From positions 52,764,001 through 52,828,000 of the forward strand of contig NC_045707.1 of NCBI RefSeq assembly GCF_009834535.1: 64,000 nt of DNA, written 5' to 3'. The number at the start of each line of letters is the position of its first letter. Within the stretch, counting starts at the first letter, position 1. The position numbers and the translations under genes are program-made. Origin of the DNA: Camelus ferus. Taxonomy: Eukaryota. Positions 13,173-26,699 of the stretch are shown here, in pieces. The notes below the pieces were generated by a model that ran no database searches, was not told where the DNA came from, and was given only the letters and a program-made list of their open reading frames with translations.

Positions 13173-13574
13173 AGCATCATTCAGAAATGACGTGAAGACC
13201 TGTGTTCCTTTGCATGAGATTAAATATCTCTTCCATCTGCCATTTTATTTTCTCTCCAAGCTGCACCTTGCTCTGCAGAGATGAAGTCAATGGTAAGCCT
13301 TAATCCTACATTACTCCGATATCCACAGAGATTCGGTCTCATAGTTCACATTCACATTTTTGTCAGCTCTTGTGTTCTGAAAATGGGTGAACCTATCTTC
13401 AGTGTCACAGGTGGATAAATGCAAAAGCTGAAAAATAACTAATTTTGTTTATTAACGCAAACAAAAGACTCAAGCATTTCATGTGCGTCAGTGGAAACAT
13501 AATTTCTGCACTTGTCCTAAGAGATTCTTGCATTGGGTTTTTTTTCCCCGACTTAAAATAATTATTCGATATTT

Positions 13575-13631
13575 ATTCCTTTTCTTTTCTTTTCTTTTCT
13601 TTTTCTTTTTTTTTTTTTTTTTTTTTTTTTT
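13575..13631. repeat. (TTTTC)n + poly-T tract
   Basis: Directly visible. Confidence 0.9.
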
Positions 13632-16600
13632 GTGCTCTTTCTCTCCCTTTTGTTAGGAAATGCCTTACCAAAATATCTCTAGGAATTTACGGTTTGTGTC
13701 AGCGGGAATTCTCCCCAACGTGATCAGTGTGGCTTTCTCCCCTGTTTTATACAGCATGACACCTCGAATTATGCAGACATCTACTTGCCCAGAAGCTTGT
13801 TCTGACAACCTTCCTGTTTCTAGATCCCAGGAAATTTAGATGTTGCTCCTGACTCTGGATGCCAAGAGCAGCCGAAGGCCAGCAGCAGTGTCTCCTTTAC
13901 AATGTGTCCTCAGAGAAAGCACAAAGGAGGAACCCCTCTGGATAAAATGAAGGTCAAAACTCAAAGTGTAGTTAAAACTCTGCTTGTTCAAAAGAACCTT
14001 GTAGAGTTTGGGGCAAATGTTCATTGTCTCTCTGTTTGTGGTGATGTTGGAAATGGGGACGGGTGGAGGGGGGGGTCCTCGCAGCTCCAGAACAGATGCA
14101 GAATACCTGGCACTACCAAGGACCCCAAACCCTGCAATATTTCAAGTCTCTCTGAATATCCACCCAACTGCAATCCACGAAGCTACCCCCGCCCACATCG
14201 ACCACAGGTGTCTCCTTATTCTGCAGTCGTCGGTGCCAGGAATCTGGGCCAGCCAGGCCACCCCTGCATACGGGGCTAAGGGTGCAGACTGGCCGTGCAG
14301 CACCCGCGGGCAGAGGCAAAGCACTCCCTTCAGGAAGAGTCGCTCCTGTGCACTCTGACAGCCTAGCCCCCCATCCTGCCCGATGTGGGCCGCCTCTCAG
14401 GAGGTCACTGACTTAGCCAAACAATGTACTTGTGACTCCCTGTCCCAGGCGTGTCCTTCCTGCTGGACGATAAACAACTGGAAGGCAGGTTGACGTTCGT
14501 CTTATTATACCTTCCATTTTGTGGGGAGCACATGATTCTATTAAAATCTACATATTCAGTTAAAATGGGATGATTTATTGTTCATTGCTTGATCAAGGTG
14601 TCTTACTTTCAACGATTATTTCTGAATTATATCATACTGCTTCTTCAATACAAGATAGGTTTTACAAATACATAACTCTGTAAATGCTTACTGTTCGTTG
14701 CAGACGAATATGTTCCGAGTTGGTTCTTTTCAGTAATGACTGCATTTCCGAACAGAGCCCAGGGGGAGAGACCAGGCATCGAGAGGGATGCGCTCGCTAA
14801 GGCAGGGCCCCCCGGTGTCCCTGCCAGGGTTTTCCCTTTGAACCTTCCATTCCTGGTGGGACTGAGGCCAACTCTGGCAATGACTTACTGTGCGCTCTCT
14901 CCTCATTTCTAGATCAAATTCCACAAAAAGGCAAAATGTGTCTAGGAATATGTTTTAATCAGGATTCAGAAAAGATTCTGTCTCTTCAGTCCATTAGTTC
15001 CCAATTAAAGCAAATTTCTCATTTGTCTCTTTTATTTTTCATCGTATTTTTCTTTCCAAGTTAGTAGCCCACGATACTCGCAGTGGAGAGCCCACCTGCC
15101 CTTCGCTCTCCTGCTGGAGCTGCTCAGCTCAGAAGGAGGCGGTCTAACCGGCTGCCCTGGGACATCTGAGCCACCTCCATGCGGGTTCCAGCAGCATTAA
15201 GTGTGACTGTGAAGTACGAGGATCCCCCGATGCCCAGCTGAAGTGTAAGCTGTGCTCAGCGTCCAGGGAAAAATTCAGGTCATATCAACTCTCGTTTGTA
15301 TTTCTCTAGCCTTTAAAAATTTATGTATTCATGTTCAAACAATCTGATGCTCTGATAAATTTAAATTTTTTATCTCTCATACCAGCTAGGGAAAATACAC
15401 TCTCAAGTACCTTATATTTGCAAAAAGCTTGAAAATGGTGGACATTATCCTGAAAGTTTGGCTGATTCATTCCGGGTCACTGTGCAGGGAAACAGCCCGA
15501 CGGAAGCTCCCGGAGGGCTCACAGGGGAAGTAAAAATGACGAAGGGGTGACCGAAAATTAACACAAAAGCTCGTCATTACTACCTGCATCTCCACTGCTG
15601 TTGTCACCCCCATCAGGACGGCCGAGACCGAAAGCTGTCACAGCCAGCCCCACGCTGGGAACTGTCTGCGCTACCTGCCACGACGTTGTCATCGAGGCCC
15701 AAGGCTCCATGTGGCCAAGTGACATCTTAATTGTTTTAATTGCACAGTGTTCCACATATTAATTGTTTTATATCGTTTATTCATTTACATATATATAATT
15801 CATACAAAATTTATGTATATAATTCAATATATATACATATATTTCCTCAGTTGTTTACAAGTGGCTATGGCTGCTTTTTCTGGGCCCTGAGCTCTACTTG
15901 GCTTAATTTTTACTTGTTCATGTGTGTCATGTCCCAGATTGCTCTGAAATGGGTCAATTAGCATCATTGTGTTCAGTGCAGCTGAAACTGAGCAGAGAGA
16001 CCGAGAGAAACAGTTCCATCGGCAGCAGGAGTGACATAGCCTGAGGTGAAAACCAAGCAGAACCACACTGGGAACCAGCAGAATCCTGTCCCATCCACCA
16101 GGGAGCCTCCGTCAGGCAGGGATGACTCGGGCGTGAAAAGGAGGATCATTAGGTTCTTAAAGAACTAACTTCTTTTTATAATCAGATTCAGCTTCTAGCT
16201 CAGCCCAATCAAAACAGCCCCCAGAAGGCCCAATTCCTCCGCACCCCCGGGTGCCCCCGTTTATGTCTCCTAAGCCTGAACCCCTCGGTAATTCCAAAAG
16301 CCCGGAGCCAAGTGGGAGAAAGCGGAGGGAGGAAGGGAGCCAGGCACAGTGGCTTTCCCTAAGAAATACTGGAAAATTCCGATGGTATTAAGCAAGAAGG
16401 CAAAATTTCCAGGGGATCAAAATCTCTTTGATTCACAGTGGGAAAGCTAAAACCCACACCAATGGACACGAGGACATCGTCCCCAAGGATTGTCAAAAAC
16501 AGACATGCACCGGAGGTGACAGATCTGGAATCTCTTGGACAGGTCGGTTCCCATCTTCGTCTCACTGGCTAACCCCACTCGCTGACACCCAACAGGCCTG

Positions 16601-18100
16601 GGAGTTCATGCCAAGGTGGGTTTCCTGGGGCTCAGCGTCCGTGTTGATACGGCCCGAGTGGGTTAACTCAGTGGTCAGCCTCGCACCGACCCAGCCAGCG
16701 GTCCTGTCCTGCATCCAAGCAAGTGGAGAATAGACAGCCCCGAAGTGGACGGAATCTTCACTGTTTTCCCCCAAAATTACTGAAGCCAGCTTTTGATGTG
16801 GTAGTTCTCAAGTTTGCCCCGGTTTACGTTGGCATTTTTGTCATCAAGGGGGACGGGGCGAGAAACTTCTGCTCAAAAGTGCCTTTCCCCACTTTTCGGC
16901 CTGAGTTGATGGAACATTGGATCCTGCCTTCCTGCTTTGGGAGGGAAGACCTGGACTGAATGAGAGAGAAAATCCATTTATATCGCATTTGTTTTCTCAA
17001 GGAAGGTATATTTGGAGACTATTACAGAGATATAATGAATCACCACGAATTTAAGTATTTTATTTAATCAGAATGAGTGAGCACCTCGGTTTTTACACAA
17101 CTGAAGGAGAAAAATAGCCCCAGTACAATAAATCATTCCCCAAAATGAATTTTACAATTCTTTTCAGAGATTTATGACCACAGGAATGCAACTTCCAAGA
17201 TAAACTCCCCATCAAAGATAGGAATAAAAAAAATTTTTTAAACCTTATACAAAGCTAATAGGGTCATTTTGGGTGCAAATGACTGAAGACCCCACCCCAA
17301 GTTCCTTCGGTGTCAGCTCATTCACGTAACTGGAAAGTCCAGAGAGACTGGGCGGAGCCCAGAGCTCCTCTCTCCCTGGGGGTCCCCTCCATGATCCGCT
17401 TTCTCTCTGGCTGTTGGAGATTCTGAGACAGAAGCTCTGGGTCTTACATCCTTCCAAGTTCATGTCCAAGGCAGGAAAGTGTCCCTTTCAGAAATCTCCA
17501 AGTCTCACCTACATGTACCTCTCCATCCACCCGTCCTTATGGCCAGAGGACCACAGTGTCCAGGTCCCATGCTCCACCCTCAGATTGTGGCCGAGATACT
17601 TTGCCAAGTCACAAGGCCTGTGAGTGGAGGACCAGGTGACTTCCTACTGGAAAACGAAGGTAGTTACCAGAAAGGGAATTTTTGGTGGGAAAAAAACAGA
17701 TACTCACAAAAGACTTTTTTTTTCCCTCTGTGGAGAATTTGGAATACAAATCAAGAAGAAATCCAGCAGCACCCACTGCTCCAAGACCCACCAGCACATT
17801 CTGTTAATATTGTGAAGTGTTTTTTACAGACACCTACCCCCCTCCACATAACCTGATCTATTCTATCTTTAACCAATGGACTGTTTGGGGTTTTTTTTTA
17901 CAAAATTATAATCAAAATCCACATGTTCTGGGATAATGTACATTTTCTTTACTTAACAATATTCTGTAAAGGCTTTTAGAAGAATCAACATGATCCTCAT
18001 GTTAACTCTTCCTAGAGCAAAGTTTTTATCAGAAAATCTAACAGTTAAGCCCGTTTTGCCCTAAAGTAGTTGGGTGTGAAAAGGAGTAAAAGGTGCCTTT

Positions 18101-18500
18101 TTATTTTTAACATTTTTATTGATTTATAATCATTTTACAATGTTGTGTCAAATTCCAGTGCAGAGCACAATTTTTTCAGTCATACATGAACATATATATT
18201 CATTGTCACATTTTTTTCTCCGTGGAGAGCTGCCTTTTTTTAAATCGAAGTGTAGTCAGTTTACAGTGTTGCGTCAATTTCTGGTCTACAGCGTCATGTC
18301 TCAGTCATACATATACACACATATATTCCTTCTCATATTCTTTCTCATTCTAGGTCACTAAGATGCTGAACATAGTTCCCAGTGCTAGACAGTAGAAACC
18401 TGTCGTTTATTTTATACATAGTATCTGCAAATCTCAAATTCCCAATTTACCCCCTCCCACCCCCTCCCACTGGTAACCGTGAATTTATTTTCTATGTGTA
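18101..18500 (-). mobile_element. Two tandem 5'-truncated L1 3' tails (about 18101-18227 and 18238-18500)
   Basis: Two successive tttaca(a/g)tgttg(t/c)gtcaa...tcagtcataca L1 3'UTR units, flanked by AGGTGCCTTT duplications. Confidence 0.85.
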
Positions 18501-20037
18501 GAGGTGCCTTTCTGATAATCATACATATTTAACATAACTGGGAGCACATTTTTGAAAAAGCCTCCTCCCATGTACCCTTATATTATGATCACTGTTGTGT
18601 GTGTGTCTGAATAAGACTTGATAACATCAGTGTTAACAGAACCCTGTGTTCCTTCGCCTGGATGCTCCACATTTCATTTGGCCAATTTGTACTCTGATAT
18701 GTCAACTACTACTATTTTAACTATTACACATAAAAAATAACTTCAATTAATATTCTTGAATATAAAGCTATCTTTGCATCTCTAATTATTTCCCCAGGAT
18801 AAATACTTCAAAGCAGAGTCACTGGGTCAGCTGATCTCAGCGTCGCACAGGCTTTTGACACGTATCACCGAAACGCCCTCCAGAAAGATGGGTCCGTTTC
18901 TATTCACAACTCACTCTTGCTAACAGTTGGTTTTAAAATCGGTTTATTAATTAGAAATAGTATATTCACATCGTTAAGAAACTCAAACAGCCCCAGTATT
19001 TCAATAAATTCTGCTTTCAGTGCACTTGCTGATTAACACAAGAAAGCTGTGGAATATGTCTCCGTTTCCTGACAGATCACATTTGATTTGCATTTACTAA
19101 CTTCTGTGCTATGAAGCACCTCCCTCCTGTGCACCTGTGCACCTTCTCACAATGTTTATACTCTTTGTGTATTATTGTTATTGTAAAAATTATATTACAG
19201 TTTTCAGATCTCAATATAATTTGATCTCCTAAAACTAAGAGTTTCAGTTTTATCCTTTGGGGTTTTATTAGATTTGGGCAGAATCCTTCATTTCTCCACA
19301 AAGTGAGACAGGAAACGTGTTCCCAGTACCTCCTGACGCTGTCCCTCCCAGCAAGTCCCTCTACCTCCTGGCCCACCGGCGACACCGCGGCTGCAGCACC
19401 GAGATGGGCCACAGTGCCCTATTAATAGGATAATATTTGCAGTCCTACTGGGTCAAGAGCAGGGCTTCTCCGTCTCAGCATGACTGGCGCTTGGGACCGC
19501 AGCTGCCTTGTTATGGGGTCTGCGTGGTCACTGGAGGGCGTCCCTGGCCTCTGTCCACCAGACGCCGACACCGACCCTCCTGGGGTGATGACCCAGCATG
19601 TCCCCCCAACTTGGCCCAGTGTCCCCTGTGATTGGCTCACCCCAGGGTGGGGTGGGAACCGCGACTCCCCAGGCCCCCCCAGTAAACCTGTCCGTGGAGC
19701 TGGTGTGATCTCCGTGGGATGAGCAGCGTCCGGGAGCAAGGCTGCTGCAGGGGGGAGGTTCCAGGGCGGGTCCGGGTGGCAGAGCTGCTACCTGGGCCCC
19801 TCTACTCGTGCTTTCCCTTCCTGAGAAGAACTGACCCCTTCCCCCAGGCCTGTCCCGTGTGGACACCTTTGTCCTCCCTTCTCTCAAGGGACACCCTACC
19901 TGGAGCCAGAGGAGCCGTCCTCACGTATGCCAGCTCTCTTCCAAGTCCAGCTGCAGCGTTACCTCCTACCATGTCATGGTTTCCTTGTGGATTCAAGTCC
20001 CACCTTCCACATTTTGAGTAATTGAAACACATTCCTT

Positions 20038-20756
20038 TCTTTAATTGAAGTGTAGTCAGTTCACAATGTTGTGTCAATTTCTGGTGCACAGCATAACCTT
20101 TCAGTCATACGTATACATACATAGGTTCCTTTTCATATTCTTTTTCATTATAGGTTACGACAAGATACTGAATATAGTTCCCTGTGCTGCACAGTATGAA
20201 TTTTTTGTTTATCTATTTTATATACAGTAGTTTGTATCTGCACATCTCAAACTCCCAATTTATCCCTTCCCACGCCTTTCCCTCTTGGTAACCAAAAGTT
20301 AACAAACTTCTGTGTCTGTGAGTCTGTTTCTGTTTGTAGATGAGTTTGTTTATCTTTTTTTTAGATTCCACATATAAGTGATTTCATATGGTATTTTTCT
20401 TTCCCTTCCTTACTTCGCTTACAATTATGATCTCCAGGTTCATCCATGTTGCTGCAAGTGGTATTATTTTATTCTTTTTTATGGCTGAGTAGTATTCCGT
20501 TGTATAAATATACCACAGCTTCTTTACCCAGTCATCTGTCAATGGACATTTAGGTTGCTTCCGTGTCTTGGCTATTGTAAACAGTGCTGCTGTGAACATT
20601 GGGGTGCATGTATCTTTTCAAATTAGAGTTCCCTCTGGATATATGCCCAGGAGTGGTATTGCTGGATCATAGGGTTAATCTATTTTTAGTTTTTTGAGGA
20701 ATTTCCATATTGTTTTTCCATAGTGGCTGTACCAAACCACATTCCCACCAGCAGTG
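20038..20756 (-). mobile_element. 5'-truncated L1 (ORF2 C-terminus + 3'UTR)
   Basis: ORF MFTAALFTIAKTRKQPKCPLTDDWVKKLWYIYTTEYYSAIKKN is the L1 ORF2 C-terminal region. Diverged TSD gaaacacattcctt (20024-20037) / gaagcatatttctt (20757-20770). Confidence 0.92.
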
Positions 20757-21659
20757 GAAGCATATTTCTTGAACACTGTGTTCAGGTTGCTCTGAACTTG
20801 TAGCTCATTGGATGAGAATTCTCTGTTACATTTTTGTTTTTCCTTTTGACTCTGAGTGAAACTCCCAGGTGACGCATTCTAACCAGGAGTTCTGCTGGGG
20901 TCTGATGAGGACGACACCTGTGTGGGGAGGTCTCTGCCTCTCACCAGGCACTGTGAGCTGTGCCAGTTCCACTAGTCAAGTATCTAAGGCTAACTTCTCA
21001 GCCCATGAAACAGATAAGGAAAGTAGATCTTCAAAACCTTCTTCAACTGCAATCTCATTAACATAAACTTTATATGAGATGTGAGATCCAGTAAAAGGAA
21101 ACTACTTTCCATGATTTAGTTTCACTGACTTCAAATTTCTTGTATGTTTGCCATAAAACCTTAGATTCACTCAAATAGAAGGGAGCTCCATATAGCTTGG
21201 CTCCCAGAGAGTAAGATCTGCTTCTGCCTTTTAAGTGTTGTCATTGACGATCATTTTTTGGACATCGACTGTAGAAGAAGCCGCTGAGTACGGGGACAGG
21301 TGTGGTAATATAGGGTTTGCCCTCAAGGAGTTTACCTTCTAGCAGAGGAGACCGTGGGTGCACAGCTGTGTCCACGAGGGGCAGAGCCACCAGAGCTGAG
21401 TGCGGGTGGTGACTGGAACTAGCGGGTCAAAATTTCAAAGTGGAGATATTGCACTAATTTGATATTTCCCCTCAATAGCAAGGACGTAATTTTAACTAGA
21501 TGTGGAAGGAGAAAAGTAAGGATGTGTGGGCTGCCTGTAAATCTATGAATGGTCCTTGAGTTGAAAGGCAGGTGCAGACGTCACCATGTGCCTCTCCCGA
21601 TGGGAAGGGTCTAAATGGCAGGTGACCTTTGGGGGGTTCAGGACACCAGAGCTGAAAGC

Positions 21660-21830
21660 AGGGACCTGAATTGTGATTTGTGTCCCGCCTCGCCACTTAC
21701 TACTCCACTGGAGTTTGGAGAAGAAATGTAACCTCTCCGAGTTACTTCTTCCTCATCTGTAAAACTGGGCTGGTGACTGCTGCCTCTAAAGTTGTTGTGA
21801 TGATGAAATGAGGTCATATATTTTGAAACT
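21660..21830 (+). mobile_element. MIR SINE
   Basis: MIR core: gccacttact...taacctctccgag...ttcctcatctgtaaaactggg...gttgttgtgatgatgaaatgag. Confidence 0.75.
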
Positions 21831-23269
21831 GTCTTGTAAATGCAAAGCTTTATGCCAATGTTAATTACACATAAACAGTAAAGGAAGTTATGAAGAGACG
21901 AACGTCATTAAATATGAATAAGCTAATACATCTGTAGAAGACATGTATCCTGCACGAATGTGAACTCACTCTGTCTGTTACTCAGAAATAAAAAATTCAT
22001 TAGCTTAATAAAAGTCCTGAAATTATGTTCTAAGATTGCTCTCAGGCAGCACCCCAGCAATGATGCACGCCTTTGACTTGGTACAATTCCATACAGCAGA
22101 TGGTGTTTTTAATCTTCAGCTGCGTTCCACATTTGAGTTTTAGCTTATCATGAGGAGAGAAAGCGGGCTCTTTCCAGCACATTTTATTTTACATTTTGAT
22201 AAACCTAGACATCGCCCATAAAACCACAAACTTTCTAGCAAACAAAACACATTTTCTTCTATGAGCTCATAAAAATAAAATAGTGATCACATTGACTAGT
22301 TTTTAAAATTAACTCAGAGTGCCAGGTTTAACCACATTTTATGATTCTGTGAATTATTATCATTTGTTGTCTGTTCACATGCCATTTTTTCCCTCAATGA
22401 AAGCCATATATTTTCAAGATTCCATATATCCTTTCGGCACAGAACCAATTGGTTTACTTATATTTTGAATAAACCCCAATTTATTATTAAGAATGCTAAC
22501 AACTTGAAAATGTACATATACTTGATAGGATGTATATTCAGCCTCAAACTATGTGTAGTAACTAGATCTTAAATAGACATTTGAACTTAATGAAAATAAC
22601 TCTAAATTTTTTAAAAGTTTGCCTGATAATGTGTACTAGTTTACCTGATGTTCTAATCAGGTAAACTTTGATAAAACAGATGAAGCCTGAATGTTTGAGT
22701 AACAAAATAAAGATACTGGAAAATTTTTTAATTAAACATTGAACAGATTAAAAAAAAGAGAGAATGATAACAACTCATTAAGCCATCCAGCCTTCAACAA
22801 GTCACAGTGTCTGGGACAACAGGAGTCCAGCCGGACAGGCAGCACGTCCTGGGTGAGCGGTGGGCAGCTGTGTGCACCAGGCTGCAAGTTCTTATCTGAA
22901 TTAACGGCTCACTCATCTCTGCAGCGTAACGGGCTTGCTTTTTGTTTCTTCCCAGAGTTGACATGTAAGGATTTGTTCCCTATTCCAGTAGAATAATTTA
23001 AAACATCTTAGCAAGAGTCTTTGGAATGCATACATTTGCTTTCCAGGTCATAAAACCAACACGAATAATTTAGGTCAGCTTGGAAAGCCTGCAACTCACT
23101 GATCACCAGCAAAGCCCGGCGCTAATCCACGTTTTATGGAACATACATATTTAATGACAGAGGAACAGTACGCCGTTCAGAACGAAAATGAAATGCGGTT
23201 GTTCTGTAATTAACAGGAGGCGGTGACACTACTGCCACACTTTACCTTCTACATTCACCTTCCTGGCAG

Positions 23270-23370
23270 GGACCCTCACCCCAGGGGAAGGAGCCTCACC
23301 CCAGGGGAAGGAGACTCACCTCAGAGGAGGACCCTCACCACAGGGGAAGGACCCTCACCCCAGAGGAAGG
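23270..23370. repeat. 20-bp minisatellite, 5 units
   Basis: Consensus GGACCCTCACCCCAGGGGAA; units start 23270, 23290, 23310, 23329, 23349. Confidence 0.92.
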
Positions 23371-24394
23371 CCATTGTCCTCTTTGCCACAATCCTCTCCT
23401 TCACCTTTTAAAAGCTGCAGGGCAGGGGGCAGGCGCTGTATTCACTTCACCACAATCATCCTTTAAACACACCTGTCAGCAGAGAGTTCAAATTCAACCC
23501 CCCAGGTGTGTATGCCTCACCACCCCAGGGAAATCAGAACGAACCTCTCTCTCAAGGGCCAGTCTTGGTTTCTTCTGTAGGTTTTGGCCAACGTCTGCAA
23601 CAGACCAGTAAGGGTTTGCCAGTGCCCAGGTGTGGGAAGAAAGAAGACATCACTTCACCCAGAATGACTCACTTCTGTGATCCTGGAGTGAGAGGTGCTC
23701 AGCTAAAGGACCCCACCTGAGTCTGGGTGCAGAGAGAACACCAGGGCAGGCTCCGAAATTCAGCTCAAAGAACCTTTCTCAGTGGCTGGTCCCAGTGCCC
23801 AAAATGTTGCCTTTAAAGTTGAAGCCCTCTGGTTAAAAACACATGTATATCCAGAAATATCCCACCACATACAAACCCTCCACAAATTCGTATGTCAAAG
23901 CACGATGCGTCACTCACACCTCAGCGTGCGTCAGTGACCAGGCGACACGCTGGTTCCCGAGAGGATGGAGCACAGAACAAGAGGGTTTTAGGAGAAACCT
24001 AGATAGACCCAGGGCAGGGGTACCCCTCCTGTGAGAGGAACCATCTGGGCGTCGTACGTGTGGTCAGTATCCTAGGAACTGGGACTCTGCATCGGGACAT
24101 GGCCCTGGGAATGTGCGAAGGAGGGGTCCCTGATTAAAGGAACCAGAGAAGAAAATTTCAAAATTAGTGAAATGGGCATTTATCTTATATCTAACTATTG
24201 ACCCTTCTGCTGCTTACAATGCAGAATTCGAACAAATACGTCTAAATGACTCCAGTGCAATGGAGGCTGAAATGCTTTTACTGAGGAGGGCAAAGATGGA
24301 GCTGCCAGAATCCGAGAGAGGCTCAGAGACAGAGGGGGCGGTGTGCTCTGCCCTTTGAGGGGAGAGGAAGGGAAGTATCACCTCCTTAAGAATC

Positions 24395-24458
24395 AACATG
24401 ATGCTGTAACCAGAAACTGACACGTTGTAAACCGACTATACTTCAATAAGGAAAAAAT
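24395..24458 (+). mobile_element. Very short L1 3' tail
   Basis: tgctgtaaccagaaactgacacgttgtaaaccgactatacttcaat + A-rich tail, the reverse complement of the other L1 tails. AGAATC on both sides (24389-24394, 24459-24464). Confidence 0.75.
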
Positions 24459-25282
24459 AGAATCTTGCTAAGGTCAGCTGTGTTGCTACACTTGGACTGA
24501 GAGTATAGTCATTGCTATTCATTTGTGGAATGTTTTAAAGTAACAGAAACACCCTACTATTTTCATTTGCACACGTGCACTTCACAGAGAGGGAAGGATT
24601 GACAAGTTTGGTAAATATCACAAGGCACTCAAATCCCAGAGGTCAGCCTTTATGGTCAGACGAAGTGACCTTTCCTTTCAAAATACGCTGTCACTCAATC
24701 CCCAGAAGAGATGGGGGGAGCCGTGTGACTGGCAGGTCACCATATTATTAAATATCGTGAGTGCGCAGAAACCATATTTATGTTCTGATTCCCAATAACT
24801 GAAGTTGGCCGAGTGCCACCTTCAAAACTTTTAAGATGCTTCTGCTGTCTACAAATAAGAGAAATTTGGAGAACTAGCAAGGAAATGATTTCATGAGATT
24901 ATTTCCAGTGAAAATCAAGTGAAGAAATAGCAGGGAAAAAATAGATGTATTATTTGTGAATGCCTCTAATTGACATAGAAACTGAAGACATCCTATTCAA
25001 TCAGCAATCAATTCCTAGCCAAAGAATGAACTGACTGAAATATCCATAATAAGTTTGTCATCAAGATGAGAGCGCAGAAAAACAAGCGTCTTAATTTGCT
25101 GCATCATTAGATTTGACATTTTGACCCAAGTTGTTTTTAGAAAGCGGCAGAACACCACATCGACGGCTTTTCCGTGTGATTTCTGGCTTAGCTTCTCTGA
25201 AACCTTTTCCTCTACCTCCCTCTAGTGAGTCAAAGGCAACAAAACAGAAGAAACACAAGCAATTCATCCTGTTAAAACTTCA

Positions 25283-25498
25283 TTTTTTTTTAAATTGAAG
25301 TACCATCAGTTACAGTGTGTCAATTTCTGGTGCACAGCACAGTGTCCCAGCCATGCATATACATACATATATTCTTTTTCATATTCTTTTTCATTAAAGG
25401 TTATTACAAGATATTGAATATAGTTCCCTGTGCTGTACAGAAATTTGTTTTCTTATCTATTTTTACACACAGTGGTTAACATTTGCAAATCTCAAACT
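25283..25498 (-). mobile_element. 5'-truncated L1 3' tail
   Basis: Same 3'UTR sequence as 20038-20260 (aattgaagta...caatttctggtgcacagc...aatatagttccctgtgctg). Confidence 0.88.
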
Positions 25499-25549
25499 TT
25501 AAATTGGGGGGGGAATGCAAACAAAGTGGGGCAGCGTGGAGGGTCTGGT

Positions 25550-26050
25550 CCCAGGCGGCTTCCTGAGTGAGGTGAGCCCAGAAGGCACAGCGAGGTGGAG
25601 AGCCAGGTTAGGGGAGTGGCCCAGCAAGGGGAGAGGCTGGGACTCGGCACCCCAGGCCACGCCCCAGGGGAGGGGAGGGAGGTGCGGCTGCAGGGCTCAG
25701 AGTCAGGTGAGGTGGGTTACGGTGAACTAGAAAAGTAAGGGCCACGTGGGGTTTGGGTTTTAAGTCTGTGGAAAGGACTGAAGGAGCTTAAACAGGGGAG
25801 GGACAAAATCCTATGTGCTTTAGACGAGCACTCTGGCTGTGGGGGAGGGCAGCTGTGGAAGCAGAGGCCAGATAAGAAGCGTGTTCAGTAACTCAGTGGC
25901 CTGGTGGTGGCTCAGAGGAGACCCGTGGTGTGAGAAGGGGATGGGTGAGTAAAAGCGAGACGCTTTATGGGCAGAGAAGCAACCAGGTTTGCTGACAACC
26001 TGGATGTGGATACAAGGAAGAGAACAAATCCAAGTTGATTCCTAAGTGTC
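25550..26050 (-). mobile_element. L2 LINE fragment
   Basis: Degenerate L2-like segments (gggtttgggttttaagtctg...actgaaggagcttaaacagggga...ctctggctgtg...ggtttgctgacaacctggatgtgg). Confidence 0.55.
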
Positions 26051-26699
26051 TGGGGATAACCTGCACAGGTGGGGGTCCAGTTACCTGCATGGGGGATCAC
26101 CTGCACAGATGAGGGTCCAGTTCCTAACATAGGTTTTTTTGGAAAAAGGATTCAGAAGGGATGAGTAGAAACTGAAAGATGGACAGGAAGGAGGCGGGCA
26201 TCTTCTCACACAGCAGTTGCCAAGGAAAACTCCGTCTAGCAGGGTGTAGAGCAACAGATCCGTAAGATCTGCCTCCACTAGTGGTGTCTGTTCTCAGAGG
26301 ATGCAGTGGGTGCGCTCTGGGCAAGGATGGAGTGGACCCCTTCCTGTTCACAAGTCTGAGCTTGGGGTCTTCTTGGTCATTCCATCTTAGTAAAGGAACA
26401 GGTGGCACTTCCAGCTGGCTCTGAGCAGAGAGACACTGGTCCTTTAATACAGAAGCTTCCAGTGATATAAACATGGTTTTCAATAAACATATATCTTAAC
26501 TTTTAAAAAATTAAAAAAATAGATTTTGCAGCATTTTAAAACCTAGAAAACTGCTAAGCCTTCTAACTCATTTCTTATAAATGAGAAAACACCGACCCAG
26601 AGATGCTAAGTGATGTGTTAAAATCACAATGAGCTGCTGACACTGGTACTAAGAGAGCCTGGGATCTTATCTGATGCTTAACATTTGGGCATAAAACTC

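Noticed and set aside
19684..19704. RE1/NRSE-like motif (minus strand ACCAGCTCCACGGACAGGTTT)
   Set aside because: Mismatch at the conserved A of CAGCACC and both flanks deviate from consensus; ~28 kb from the promoter.
23270..23370. CRISPR-like regularly spaced repeats
   Set aside because: Units are contiguous with no unique spacers, there are no cas genes, and the DNA is mammalian.
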